From Eledone cirrhosa (lineage: Eukaryota): a stretch of 64,000 nt of DNA. The notes below the pieces were generated by a model. That model did no database searches. It was not told the origin of the DNA and was given only the letters and a program-made list of their open reading frames with translations. Location: positions 16,058,001 to 16,122,000 of the forward strand of contig OZ024754.1 in NCBI GenBank assembly GCA_964016885.1, in the 5' to 3' direction. A program made the position numbers and the translations under genes. Below are positions 39,201-50,300 of this stretch, piece by piece (the first letter of the stretch is position 1; every line of letters begins with the position of its first letter).

Positions 39201-42200
39201 ATGCCAGCAGCATAGTGCTGGGTGTCACGTTGGAGATAGGAGGTGTTGAGGTCGAGGATGCAGCCTGGCTTGGGAAGAAGGACGACTGCAACCACATCAA
39301 TGTGGCCGAACTGGACGCGGTGTTGAGAGGGGTGAACCTCGCCCTGAGGTGGGGACTGCGCACCATCGAGATACCACCGACTCGGCTACTGTACTTGGAT
39401 GGGTGAGATCAGTGCTCACCAGTGAGAAGAGAGTGCGAACGAGAGGGGCGGCGGAGATGCTGATAAAGCGCCACCTGGGAACTTTAGGAGAGCTGGCCAC
39501 CGAGTTCGACCCGAGGCTGAGCGTAGTTTTCGTGCCCTCAGAGAAAAATAGGGCGGACGCCTTAACCAGGGTGAAGAAAGCCTGGATGGAAGCACCGGAG
39601 GAGGTAGAAGAGGAGATAGCTGCTGTGTGTCGGATCTGAAAGGGTTGCATGACATGCATCACATGGGAGTGGATAGGACCCTGTTCCTAGCCAGGAGAAT
39701 CGACTCAGATGTTAACAGACAGTGTTCAAAGGGTGGTTAGAGGCTGTGTCCGATGTCAGTCCATTTATCCCGCCCCGGGTGTGCATGAAACGGGAAGCCT
39801 CCCGGTGGATCGCGACTGGAAGCGATTGGCGGTGGATGTAACGCACTACCGACAGGGAACGTACCTCTCGATGGTCGACTGTGGACCAGGTCGAATGGCG
39901 ATATGGAGGGAGATGAAGACTGGAACGGCCGAGGAAATCATGCGGACGTTGAGAGGTGTTCTTGGAGCGAGGCCCTGTGGACGAACTGCTGATGGACAAC
40001 AGCGCAGCGTTCTGCTTGGAGGCGCTGAGGGAGATGCTTGATGGATGGAAGGTGGACCGTTTCTTCAGAGCAGCGCACAGGCCGAGCAGAAATGGAATTG
40101 TGGAGCGACACCACCGGACGATCAAGGCAATGGCGGTGCGGGGTCACACCTCACCAATGGAGGCAGTGTTCTGGTACAACATGTCCCCTCAGGTGGGACA
40201 GGTTGAGGAATGGGTGCCACACAGAGCAGTATTTAGAAACGAGTGGCGGCACCCGTGCACGCCACCACAACGGCCAGTGGGGAGAGAGAATGCATTCGTG
40301 TAGGTGGGCGAAGAAGTCTGCACGTTGCACATCTCAATGGGGAAGGGGAACGGTGACGGCCGTAAATTCTCAGAACAATGTGTCCGTGGACTGAGTACCA
40401 CGTCATGTCCTGGATGTCCGTAGAATCACTGTCAACGGACTCCGAGGAAGAGGAAACCCAAAGTGCCGCCCCAACACTGCGGAGATCGCAAAGAAGTCGC
40501 AAACCACCAACCTGGACAGCAGACTTTCATATGCAGAAGGACGAGGGGGAAATTGGTCCTTGAGATCAGGGGGGGGGGGGGGTATGGTGTGGTGTGCGGT
40601 GGCCGGAAGCTGGATAGTACTCGACCGGAAGAGTGCTTGGCTGGAAGGTTGCTCGACCGGAAGGGCCAGCAGATCGGTCTCTCTCTAGTGGTGATCAAAC
40701 GGTGTGGACGCGAGTTTGGCAGCTCCCGGGTGTTAATGAATTGGACGCACGTGGAAGAGGAGAAACCAGCCATGGGATTTAGCGGAGCCTATGAAAAGCG
40801 GTAAGTGAGATAGCTTTTTCTAACCACAACTACGATAGCCATTGTACCCTTTAGTCTCCAACAGAATGTATGCAATACAAAAATTTGAAGAATTATCACA
40901 ACCCTGCTAGCCTGTAAAAAAATATAAAAAAATAAATACCCAATTTTACCACACTGTTTCTAGTGTTGGTGCCATGGAAAATGAACTCAATATACACCAA
41001 CCAAATGTACATTGAGTGCATATACAAATGGCTGGTAAGGCATCCAGCTGTAAAAATCATGCAAAAAAAAAAAAGGGGGGGGGGGGCGGTCGTGAAGGCA
41101 CTCCTCAAGCTGGTGACCAGACAAAAACGTACCTAGTATACTCTGTAAAGTAGTTGGTGATAGGAACTTGCTAAACAAAGGATCTAATGGACTTGGCTGT
41201 TGTGTCAAAGACACGACAATCTCTTTAGTGCTGGTGCTACAATAAAATGCATCCAGTACTTTCTGTAGAGCACAGGAACGCATGTGAGAGACACCCCACC
41301 AGCCCATCTAGGAGGTCAGTGGTACTGACTTGGTCTTTGACAACTCATCCAACCAATGGTGGTGGTGGTGATGATGACAATGGTGATATGAATCAAGTGA
41401 AGGACAGATTCAATGAAAACTAAAACGAACATGAAACAATTATTAATGGAAGAACTCACCTCTTCCACCACTGCAATTACATTCATGCGAGGTTTATTGT
41501 TTGCAGTGATTCTGTTGTAAAGGTGAGTTGAATGAATCCAATCCACATCTCTTAGGTCCCCCATCACTCCACGAAGCTGTTGCCCAGGATAATAATACCG
41601 ATTTACAAATTCTGTATGCTGAAAGAGAGAGAAAGGAATGTCATAGACAATTATGTGACAGGATAAAAAAAAAAAAAAAAACTAAAACCAACTATACTGT
41701 TTAATTCTTTTGTTACTATATTTCTAATAAAAGATTTTAATTTTCAGATAATTCTGGAAATAATCCAAAATTTGAATGTATTTAATAAAATAACTTTCTC
41801 ATTATTAAATTGATGTTTGGGATGCAACTTAAAGTTTCTTATACAAAATCCTGAAAGATTTTTTTGGCTAAATATAAACACTTGAACAGCTTTGTGTTGT
41901 AGAACCTGACAGTTTTATTTATCACTATCAACTGATATCGCTTCTCTCACTGTAATATATAATTTGTAGCTAGCTTCTCCCTGCTCCCCACACACTACAA
42001 ATTGCTCATTCCTCAAACGTTAGAGCCAACCTGTGGTAAGGTACTGTTTTTTTTTACAATACTTACATAGGGTATTTTACACTGTATCTTGTTTAGAATA
42101 AGTTCACTGTATCCCTGCATGTTGTAAGAGCTGAACTAAAAGAATTGGCAGCAGAAAGAACATCCAGCCATAAAATAATTGTTTCTACTTTTGGAACAAG

Positions 42201-44438
42201 GCCAGCAATTACCCCAGTGCAATACTGGTACTTTATTTTATCAAACCCGTAAAGATGAAAGGCAAAGCTAACTTCGGCAGGATTTGAACTCAGAACGTAA
42301 AGGGTCACAGCTCTATGCTGCAAAGCATGGTGTCTCACGCTCTATCGATACTCCCAATCCAGTCATAAAATAATGCCTCAAAGAGTCCCATGATGAATAC
42401 AAAGCCAGTCAATGGGGCACACAAGGCTTGTTTTAGCAGGGAAAATGGCCTTAACCCTTCCCATACCATATTTCTAAAATTATCGAGAATTTGGAGAGAT
42501 TTAACCATTTCATTTTTGTGTTTAAACCTTCCATCAAAATTTTATGTCAGAAAAATTTGATGAAGGTTTAAATTACAGTATGAACACTTTAAAATATAGT
42601 ATCACAGAACCAAAAGTGGTTTCAGCCAGTTTGGTTTCTGAAGGGTTAAAATGCGTGTTGTAGATGTATCTATGGAAGTTATTTTGTCAAGTCACAAATT
42701 GTTTAACAAGAATTAAGACCAACCTTTCCTCTCTTTTCATTGAGGTCTTCAAAGCTAAAGATGTCAATATCTTGAATTTCACATCTAAAAGTAGATAACA
42801 GAAACAAATATGTTTAAAAATAAGAAACATTCAGGTGAAATACTGAAGCAAGTTAGAATTATATCCCTTTAGAGTCAGATAATTGTTTCTACTTTAGGCA
42901 CAAGGCCAGCAATTATCCAGTGCATTACTGGTACTTTATTTTATCGACCCCGTAAGGATGAAAGGCAAAGTCAACCTCGGCGGGATTTGAACTCAGATCG
43001 TAAAGGGACGTAACTATGCTGGAAAGCATGGCGTCCGACCCTCTACCGATACTGCCAATCCACCACCCTTGTCAGATAATATACAGCCTTCAATAACAAT
43101 ATGGAGATAATGAAGGGGTTGAGGCAACCCTTCAATCTCGTCTAGCATGTGACCACCTCACTAGTGCTGGCATCATAGTAAAATGCACCCAGTACACTCT
43201 GTAAAGTTTTTAGTGTTGGTGTCACAATAAAATGCACCTACTTCATTCTGTAAAGTGGCAGTGCTGGTGTCATGAAAACCACATCCAGTACACCTTGTAT
43301 GGTAGTTGGCATTAAGAAAAACATCCAGATGAAGAACATGGAATACATGAGCATAATGAGGTCACTCCGACCTATCTAATTTCGGACAGTGATGACACGT
43401 CCAACTCATGCCAGTGTAGAAAGCAGACAGATGATGATGACTAACACAGATTATGGTTAGTAACCATGGAAAATATAGAGTCAAAACAAAAAAAAAAAAA
43501 CAAAGATGCTGGCAGTGTCCTTGGAACGATGGAATGTAGTTAAATATCATTTTTACAACCATTGGGTATAACTGTAAGACCTTTCTAACTTCACCCAGTC
43601 GAGGAAGGTAATTAGCTAATGATAATATAAATGAAGCCAAAGAGGTTTAATTAATGAGATCAAACAAAGTAACTGATTACTTGAAGCAATAATTATGTTC
43701 ATTAAAAAATTATGGGATTGAATTCAATCATTATCATCATCATATGTCTGTTTTCCCTGCTAGCAAAGGTTGGGCAGGTCATCAAAGATCAACTCAGTAC
43801 TTAATTGGAGTCACTGATTTCTTAGACAGGCCAGGGGCCACATCCTGCTTACATATGTCCCTACAGAGTGTATTGGGTGTATTTTGTTATGGCACCAGCA
43901 CTAGGGAGGTTGTCATGTTTTTGATATAACTAAAGACTCTTTGACACATTGACAATTTTTTTTTTTACAGCTGGATGCTCTTCCTACCTCTAACCATTTT
44001 ACAGAGAGTATTGGATGCTTTTTATCATGTCACAACACTAGAGTAGTTGCCACGCCCTTGACACAACTGAAGAACCCTCATGACCCATTTTTGGCATGGT
44101 TTTACAGCTGGATGACCTATCACCAACCACTTTACAAAGAGTTAGAATATCTTGTGGTATTTGTGTTGTCTCTGTGCCTTTCATCCTTTCAGGGTTGATA
44201 AAATAAAGTCCCAGTCAACAGAGATGCACTGGCAGAATTGTTAGAGCACCAGATAAGATATCTTCTGTGCCAGTTTCTGCACTTTCTATTCTGAGTTCAT
44301 AAGATGAAAAAAAAAAAAAAAAAACTAGACTACTTACTTAGCACCATCAGGGAAACGTAATGTTACGATCACATTTACAACATCAATTCGGCCAACCCAA
44401 GAATCAAGGACAACATCTCCAGGTTCTGGGCTCCATTC
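14821..44438 (-). CDS. UBE2O: UBE2O-like (E3-independent) E2 ubiquitin-conjugating enzyme, 5'-partial, 18 coding exons in window (~1217 aa)
   Basis: Hand-spliced GT-AG exons with consistent phases: 44338-44438, 42724-42784, 41460-41618, 36069-36172, 33678-34236, 31168-31270, 29834-29939, 27775-27883, 25783-25920, 25067-25221, 22716-23779, 21823-21920, 21147-21209, 20445-20648, 18079-18136, 17204-17325, 15809-15888, 14821-15190. UBC domain [12 protein letters not shown]...[20 protein letters not shown]...[23 protein letters not shown], plus family motifs [34 protein letters not shown] and C-terminal [10 protein letters not shown]. Confidence 0.95.
15809..15888 (-). CDS. UBE2O: UBE2O exon ([27 protein letters not shown])
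   Basis: tcttcag acceptor, gtaagc donor, 80 nt; PPxVF motif. Confidence 0.92.
16963..17170. mobile_element. piggyBac-like MITE (TTAA TSD, CCCTTT TIRs)
   Basis: ttaa|ccctttatcattta ... taaatgctaaaggg|ttaa; homologous copies at 20128-20332 and 55359-55563. Confidence 0.75.
17204..17325 (-). CDS. UBE2O: UBE2O exon ([40 protein letters not shown])
   Basis: tttgtag acceptor, gtaagt donor, 122 nt. Confidence 0.96.
18079..18136 (-). CDS. UBE2O: UBE2O exon ([20 protein letters not shown])
   Basis: ttgatag acceptor, gtatgt donor, 58 nt. Confidence 0.95.
18180..19790. repeat. 39-bp intronic minisatellite, ~41 copies
   Basis: Unit cacacaatacagatctataccatatatggcaatgttaaa; degrades by indels after about 19050. 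Confidence 0.97.
20128..20332. mobile_element. piggyBac-like MITE (opposite orientation to 16963 copy)
   Basis: ttaa|ccctttagcattta ... aatgttaaaggg|ttaa. Confidence 0.75.
20445..20648 (-). CDS. UBE2O: UBE2O exon, UBC catalytic core with active-site Cys ([11 protein letters not shown])
   Basis: tttcag acceptor, gtgggt donor, 204 nt. Confidence 0.97.
21147..21209 (-). CDS. UBE2O: UBE2O exon ([21 protein letters not shown])
   Basis: ttttcag acceptor, gtatgt donor, 63 nt; start of the UBC domain. Confidence 0.93.
21823..21920 (-). CDS. UBE2O: UBE2O exon ([14 protein letters not shown]...FFMSLKRE)
   Basis: ctttcag acceptor, gttagt donor, 98 nt. Confidence 0.92.
22395..22657 (-). mobile_element. 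tRNA-derived SINE, family 2 (V-SINE-like core)
   Basis: Minus strand tggcctagtggtaagg...gggttcgattcc head, tgtgttcctgagcaaaacactt, cctgcgatggactggtgtcctgtccaggg. Confidence 0.75.
22716..23779 (-). CDS. UBE2O: UBE2O large exon (1064 nt, linker/coiled-coil region)
   Basis: Within ORF 22507-23811; tttttag acceptor, gtaagt donor; phase 2/1 fits both neighbours. Confidence 0.9.
23866..24050 (-). mobile_element. tRNA-derived SINE, family 1
   Basis: Near-identical to 42879-43070. Confidence 0.9.
25067..25221 (-). CDS. UBE2O: UBE2O exon (acidic, [32 protein letters not shown]...)
   Basis: ctgttag acceptor, gtgagc donor, 155 nt; acidic tract with WxT motif. Confidence 0.88.
25783..25920 (-). CDS. 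UBE2O: UBE2O exon ([46 protein letters not shown])
   Basis: ttttag acceptor, gttagt donor, 138 nt; GQV...W...PQxL motif. Confidence 0.92.
26618..27674. repeat. 69/67-bp intronic minisatellite, ~15 copies
   Basis: Unit atatgtcaggtccccagctcacctggaggtttgagact(cccc/ac/gc)ttgatgtattcagttgagcacagggtc. Confidence 0.97.
27775..27883 (-). CDS. UBE2O: UBE2O exon ([36 protein letters not shown])
   Basis: ttgtcag acceptor, gtaagc donor, 109 nt. Confidence 0.92.
28217..29310. repeat. 57-bp intronic minisatellite, ~19 copies
   Basis: Unit ggaggctgtttgtggcagtgtggtgtggtggtagtgaagcagtaaccaaacctatat. Confidence 0.97.
29486..29682 (-). mobile_element. tRNA-derived SINE, family 1
   Basis: Same head and core as other copies; flanked by (TA)n/taataat. 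Confidence 0.88.
29834..29939 (-). CDS. UBE2O: UBE2O exon ([35 protein letters not shown])
   Basis: ttttcag acceptor, gttagt donor, 106 nt; YGVV...RTCxVKW motif. Confidence 0.92.
30062..30365 (-). mobile_element. Complete ~300-bp non-autonomous Helitron
   Basis: Minus strand: A|TCTATATACTACTAAAACTC 5' end, tgacccaacgggtca hairpin, CTAG|T 3' end. Confidence 0.7.
31168..31270 (-). CDS. UBE2O: UBE2O exon ([34 protein letters not shown])
   Basis: ttttctag acceptor, gtaatt donor, 103 nt; completes the WQ|DG motif. Confidence 0.93.
31356..33217 (+). mobile_element. RTE LINE, 5'-truncated, with 3' UTR and (GAT)n tail; appears to interrupt a TTAA-type MITE
   Basis: ORFs 31422-31985 and 32039-32905; MITE remainder at about 33220-33372 matches 20170-20330. 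Confidence 0.95.
33678..34236 (-). CDS. UBE2O: UBE2O exon ([18 protein letters not shown]...VNVVWQ), with acidic tract and basic NLS-like segment
   Basis: Within ORF 33654-34259; ttttacag acceptor, gtaaat donor, 559 nt, phase 2/0; RRKRS...[11 protein letters not shown]. Confidence 0.92.
34352..34588. mobile_element. Possible solo LTR
   Basis: Perfect TGTTAC...GTAACA termini; no TSD found. Confidence 0.35.
34700..35805. repeat. 54-bp AT-rich intronic minisatellite, ~20 copies (51-bp variants)
   Basis: Unit tacttttatcttagtattttataaacattatttgtacaccataactctctatat. Confidence 0.97.
36069..36172 (-). CDS. UBE2O: UBE2O exon ([35 protein letters not shown])
   Basis: ttttcag acceptor, gtaatg donor, 104 nt, phase 0/2. 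Confidence 0.85.
36645..36880 (+). repeat. 5' LTR of the Gypsy element
   Basis: About 95% identical to the 3' LTR by hand count (roughly 12 substitutions and one 16-bp indel). Confidence 0.93.
37037..40560 (+). pseudogene. Disrupted gag-pol of the Gypsy element
   Basis: Gag with two zinc knuckles ([27 protein letters not shown]), protease DTG, RT (VDLKSAY, YIDD), RNase H ([15 protein letters not shown]), integrase (HH-CC, VDVT, MDN, NGIVER); several stops and frameshifts. Confidence 0.92.
40577..40828 (+). repeat. 3' LTR of the Gypsy element
   Basis: Matches the 5' LTR; its initial TGT has become part of the poly-G run. Confidence 0.92.
41460..41618 (-). CDS. UBE2O: UBE2O exon ([17 protein letters not shown]...VIAVVEE)
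   Basis: ctttcag acceptor, gtgagt donor, 159 nt, YYPGQ and VVEE motifs. Confidence 0.9.
42175..42362 (-). mobile_element. tRNA-derived SINE, family 1
   Basis: Same head and core, more diverged. Confidence 0.85.
42455..42645. mobile_element. TTAA-flanked MITE (second family)
   Basis: ttaa|cccttc ... gaaggg|ttaa; similar decayed elements near 25330-25510, 33410-33645 and 56105-56325. Confidence 0.55.
42724..42784 (-). CDS. UBE2O: UBE2O exon ([20 protein letters not shown])
   Basis: cttttag acceptor, gttggt donor, 61 nt; phase 2/0 bridges both neighbours. Confidence 0.75.
42879..43070 (-). mobile_element. tRNA-derived SINE, family 1, complete with 10-bp TSD
   Basis: TSD gtcagataat at 42874-42883 and 43071-43080; A and B boxes intact. 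Confidence 0.93.
44338..44438 (-). CDS. UBE2O: UBE2O exon ([34 protein letters not shown])
   Basis: ttttcag acceptor, gtaagt donor, 101 nt, phase 0/2; resembles the UBE2O W(L/V)G...L...GA(R/K)C segment. Confidence 0.85.
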
Positions 44439-45396
44439 CTGAAAACAAAATTACATCCAACTGAAATACATTGTAAAGTCAGCTTTAAATCATGCTTCTG
44501 TCATGACAAAACACCCAGTCCACCCTGTGTACCTCTTCTAAAAAACCCAGATAGACACATACAGAGGCATAAACTAAGAAAACAGTAACTGTAGCACAAA
44601 CCAAGAGAAGTTGTGGTATAACGGAAGGCTGATGAATAAGAGTGAAGAAAAGCCTACTAATCAAGTAGATAAGACAGACTTTTCTTAAGACAAGTATTAA
44701 TTGTACATCAATCATCATATATAAAAAGCTAAGTATCAATAATAGAGAAGGCTTAAAATAAGCAGTGAAAACAATCAACCTGACAGTTGCATATGTGATT
44801 GTTGATTAACAGATTTTAGAAAATAAACTGATGTAATTAATTGCCACTAAGAAGTACAAGTTTCAGTTATGAGTTATCATCAACTATAATAATAGCCTTC
44901 TGTATTTGTCAATCACACACTAGAGATGACTGAGGAAAGAAGGGGTAATTACGTCAACTGAGGAAGGGGATGGGTGAGAAACTATAGAAGTCCATCGTTC
45001 TAAGATTCGTCACTGCTGTGTGTATGTTTGTATCACTTTTGTGAGTGAGCACAAAGGAACCAACCAACAAACCTCTTTTTTATATCTATATATCTAAAAC
45101 AGAGAATGTCTGTCTGTCTGACACAATAAAACTCGAGAACTACCCAACGAGTTTTTTCAAATTTTATACATGTAATACTTATGGTCGTGCGAGTGTTTTC
45201 AGCAGAAAATATTTCAAATTTTCAACGCCCTAGGGACCGCATTAGACGCTGGTTAGCGATCTCTCTTAGTCTGTCTTTTTAGATAGATACACAGCTACAA
45301 CGTCACGCCCTTATAATATCTGTCTGTATGTCTGGCTGTCTGCATTACGACATTATGGCACTATCTGTGTGTGTGTGTGTGTGTATATATGTATAT

Positions 45397-45427
<31 letters not shown>

Positions 45428-45428
<1 letters not shown>

Positions 45429-47090
45429 GAGTGTGTATAGACGAGATGCAATTTGGGTTTGTTCCAGGGAAAGGCACCACTGATGCGCTCTTCCTTGTGA
45501 GGCAATTACAGGAAAAGTACCTAGCTAAAAGTAAGCCACTCTACTTGGCATTTGTCGACCTTGAGAAAGCCTTTGACAGAGTTCCACGTGCAGTAATCTG
45601 GTGGGCTCTTAGAAAACTAGGAGTAGATGAATGGCTTGTGAAAGCGGTACAAGCCATGTATAGGGGAGCAGTCAGCAAAGTTAGGATTGGCAATGAGTAT
45701 AGCGAGGAATTTAGCGTACAGGTTGGGGTCCACCAGGGCTCTGTTCTTAGCCCTCTCCTGTTCATCATAGTCCTGCAGGCAATAACGGAGGAGTTTAAGA
45801 CCGGATGCCCATGGGAACTCCTGTATGCTGATGACCTCGCACTCATAGCTGAATCTATGGTAGAACTAGAGAATAAATTCCAAACCTGGAAGCAGGGACT
45901 AGAGAGAAAGGGCCTCAAAGTCAACATGACAAAGACTAAGGTCCTTATAAGTAGACGAGAAAACAGAACCCAGATCCCCTCAGGGAAATGGCCTTGCTCA
46001 GTATGTAGGAAAGGTGTAGGTAGGAACTCCATTCTTTGCCCCAAATGCAAACAATGGGTACACAAGAGATGTAGCGGGATCTCAGGAAGCTTAATTAAGA
46101 ATGTAGGATTCACATGCAGCAGCTGTGCTGAAACAGCAAGCAAACAGCCACAGGAAACAAGTACCACCAATCTCTGGGAGGGCCCTGTAGAAACAGTAGA
46201 CAGCTTCTGCTACCTAGGTGACCGAATTAGCAACGGAGGTGGGTGCTCAGAAAGTACAATAACTAGGGTAAGAACGGGATGGAAGAAGTTTAGGGAACTA
46301 CTACCACTGCTAGCTGCAAAAGGCTTCTCCCTCAGAATGAAAGGCAGACTGTATGATGCGTGTATCCGAACAGCGATGTTGCATGGTAGTGAGACCTGGG
46401 CGCTGAAGGTGGAAGACTTACGTAGATTAGAGAGAAACGAAGCCTGCATGCTCCGATGGATGTGTAACAGTAATATACGTGAACGACAAAGCATAAATGA
46501 ATTGAGAGAGAGACTGAGCATAAGAGGAATCAAATGCTGCGTGCAGGAGAGGCGGTTACGCTGGTATGGACATGTGATGCGTATGAAGGATGACAGCTGC
46601 ATAAAAAGGTGCAGAGCACTAGAAGTTGATGGAAACCGCGGAGTGGGGAGACCCAAGATGACTTGGGATGAGGTGATAAAAGCCGACCTTACCCAACTAC
46701 ACCTCTCAAAGTCAATGACACACGACCGTGACTTCTGGCGTCACGCAGTAATACAGGGTACCCGACCTCCCATGGGTACATGCTGAAGCATATAAACAAT
46801 ATGCCCCCCCCCCCCACCGCAAGGTGGTCGTGGAGGTGCCACGGCAAAAAAGCACCCAGCCCACACTGTAAAGTGGACGTGTAGGCGCCACGAAAAAGCA
46901 CCCAGCACTCACTGTAAATGAGGTTGGTGTTAGGAAGGGCATCCAGCTGTAGAAATCAAGCCAGATCAGTTCCTGTATGAGCAAGGCATGGTCAGCCGAC
47001 CAGACACTGCCCACAACAGGACAACCCGTCTAACCCATGCTAGCGTGGAAGAACGGACGTAAAACGGTGATGATGATGATGATGATGATG
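45428..47090 (+). mobile_element. RTE LINE of a second subfamily, 5'-truncated, open RT/C-terminal ORF, (GAT)n tail
   Basis: ORF 45404-46786 uninterrupted; its 3' UTR differs from the other copies; inserted in (TG)n(TA)n. Confidence 0.95.
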
Positions 47091-47318
47091 TGTAACGTTT
47101 TGCGATATATTTACTTCTGCATTCAGAGATTGATTTTTTTAGCTTCAGAAGATCCCGTTAAGGGTGGAAGCAGCGATTCTTCGCTTAAACTTTAATCTGT
47201 TATTTTAATATATATATATATATATATAATTATATATTCGTTTACAGATATTTTTGCATACACAATAACAAAATATAAACAAATGTATTTATTTCACGAG
47301 GCTCGATAACGATAAATA

Positions 47319-50300
47319 ATAAAGACAAATTCACCTCGTGGACGAGAATGCAAGCACTCCGCCTTGTTTCGGCCCAGGATGGCTAACATAACCCCCCCCC
47401 CCCCCCCCCCCCCCCCGCGCTCCCACCCTCCAAACGCAATCCCAAACTTCAGAGTTGGTACCATGAATGTAGGCACCTTAAAGGGTCGCTCTAACGAGGT
47501 TGTAGAAATGCTTGAACGTAAGGAGGTCGTTGTTTGTTGTATTCAAGAGACCAGGTGGAGGGGAGGGTCGGCTAGATTCATCGTGGGTAAAGAACGATGC
47601 TATAAGCTTTTCTGGGTGGGAAATGACAATGGGTTGGGTGGGGTAGGAATCATGGTAGCAGAAAAGTGGGCAGATAAGATAATAGACGTAAATAGAGTGA
47701 ACGACAGAATAATTAAAATAAGACTTGTCCTCAATAAAACTACGGTGACAGTAATATCTGCGTACGCACCACAATCCGGACTGCCCGGTGTTATAAAAGA
47801 CAGATTCTACGAGACACTGATGCTCGCTACCTCCCAAATAACCGACAGTGACTATATAGTTATTGCAGGCGACCTAAATGGTCACGTTGGACAACATTGT
47901 GACGGCTATGACGAAATCCATGGAGGCTATGGGTTCGGTACTAGAAATGAGGAAGGCTCCAGAATCCTGCAAATAACTTAACTATCTGTAACACTAACTT
48001 CAAAAAACGAGACAATCACTTGATAACCTATAGATCGGGGGAACACACAAGCCAGGTAGATTATATCCTTACCAGAAGACGTGACAGAGTGTCTGTTGTT
48101 AACACTAAATCCCTCCCCCATGAAGAATTCACCTCCCAACATAGACTGATAATTAGCGACCTCATAGTCAGGACGAGACGTACTAGACAGTGGAAGAGGA
48201 CTATCCTCAGGAGAAAAATATGGAAGCTAAAGGACCCCATAGCCAGAAATAAATTTCAAAGCATATTACTTGACGCTTTCGACAGTAAGGAAGAGCAATT
48301 AGAGTCGTATAATATAGAGGAACAGTGGGAATTCCTGAGAGCAAACCTGCTGACGGCGGCAGACGAAGTCTGTGGCTGGAGCAGACCTGTAGGTAGGAGG
48401 AGAGTAACATGGTGGTGGAACAGTAAGGTGGAGGAGACAATCAAGGCCAAAAAGCAGGCTTGGAAAGCATGGCGGGATGGGGGAAGTAGAGAAGACTATC
48501 AAGTGGCCAGGAGGGAAGCTAGGAGACAAGTGTACTTCGCAAGAAGGGAAGCAGAGGAAAGAAAGTTCAAGCATGTTCTACAACGTGAGGACCAAAAACG
48601 TGAGGTGTTCAGGATTTCCAGGCAATGTGTCAAGGAAAACCGTGATATTGTCGGGGAGAAGTGTGTACTTAACGATGATGGCATACTTGCCATCACCGAT
48701 GCTGATAAGAAGGTAGCTTGGAAGTGTCACTACGAAAGGCTTCTAAATGAGGAGAACAAATGGGAGAAAGACAGTCTCCCCCCACATCGACCCAATAGAG
48801 GGACCAGCAGTGTTAGTCCAGGGTAGTACAATAAGCAAGGCAATCAAAGATATGAAAACGGGTAAGGCGGCTGGTCCTTCGGAAATAGTTGCTGAGATGC
48901 TGAAGGCATCTGGTTCGGTGGGACACACCATGGTCACCCGGATAGTTAACCAAGTCGTACAGAATGGGGTTGTTCCGAAGGACTGGCGTAGCAGCATCAT
49001 CGTTAACTGCTATAAGGGCAAAGGAGATGCCCTAGATAGGAGTAACTATAGAGGCATTAAATTAATCGACCAGGTCATGAAGGTCACGGAAAAAGTAATA
49101 GCGCAACTAATCAGAGAGAGAATTGATCTAGATGAAATGCAGTTCGGATTTGTGTCAGGCAAAAGTACCACAGACGCTCTTTTCATCGTACGACAACTAC
49201 AGGAGAAGTACCTAGCTAAAAGTAAACCCCTATACTTAGCTTTCGTCGACTTGGAGAAAGCCTTCGACAGAGTCCCCCGTTCCATTATCTGGTGGTCTCT
49301 TAGAAAACTAGGTGTTGACGAATGGCTTGTGAGAGCTATACAAGCCATGTATAAAGAAACAGTCAGTAAGGTTAGAATTAACAACGAATATAGTGAAGAG
49401 TTTAGCGTAAAAGTTGGTGTCCATCAGGGCTCTGTTCTTAGCCCCCTACTATTTATTATTGCCCTTCAGGCTATAACAGAGGAGTTCAAGACCGGCTGCC
49501 CATGGGAACTCCTATACGCAGATGATCTAACGCTCATAGCTGAATCAATGACCGAACTAGAGAAGAAATTCCAAACATGGAAGCACAGCCTAGAATCAAA
49601 AGGCCTTAAAATTAACCTGGCTAAGACTAAAGTTCTAGTTTGTAGGAAAGAAAATAAGGCGGCAGTCCCATCTGGGAAATGGCCATGCTCAGTGTGTAGG
49701 AAAGGCGTAGGTAGAAACTCCATTTTATGTCCCAAATGCAAAGTATGGGTGCATAAAAGATGTAGTGGGATCACAGGTAAGCTAACTAAGAACATAGATT
49801 TTACATGTGGCCGGTGCTCTGGTGCAATAAGTAGCAGCAAGTGCCCACAAAATACTAGCTCCTTCAACTGCGCAGAGGGTTCTATAGAAATAGTGGACAG
49901 CTTCCGTTACCTGGGTGACAAAATCAGCAGTGGGGGAGGGTGCTCTGAAAGTACAGTAGCTAGAGTCAGAACTGGATGGAAAAAGTTCAGAGAGCTTATA
50001 CCACTATTAGCCGCTAGAGGGTTCTCCCTAAAAATGAAAGGCAGGTTATACGATGCCTGCATACGAACAGCAATGCTGCATGGCAGTGAGACCTGGGCAT
50101 TGTGTGCAGAGGATATACGCAGACTAGAGAGGAACGAAGCTTGCATGCTCCGCTGGATGTGCAATAGTAATATACGTGAACGGCAAAGCATAAACGAACT
50201 AAGAAAAAAATTAGAAATAAGAGGGATCAGATGTTGTTTACTCGAGAGAAGGCTACGTTGGTACGGTCACGTGATGCGCATGAAAGACGACAGCTGTATA

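Larger units (their letters stand above)
36645..40828 (+). mobile_element. Full-length, decayed Ty3/Gypsy LTR retrotransposon (4184 bp), antisense in a UBE2O intron
   Basis: LTRs 36645-36880 and ~40577-40828 (TGTGG...CCACA), TSD ACTAC at 36640-36644 and 40829-40833, poly-G PPT; domain order PR-RT-RH-IN. Confidence 0.96.
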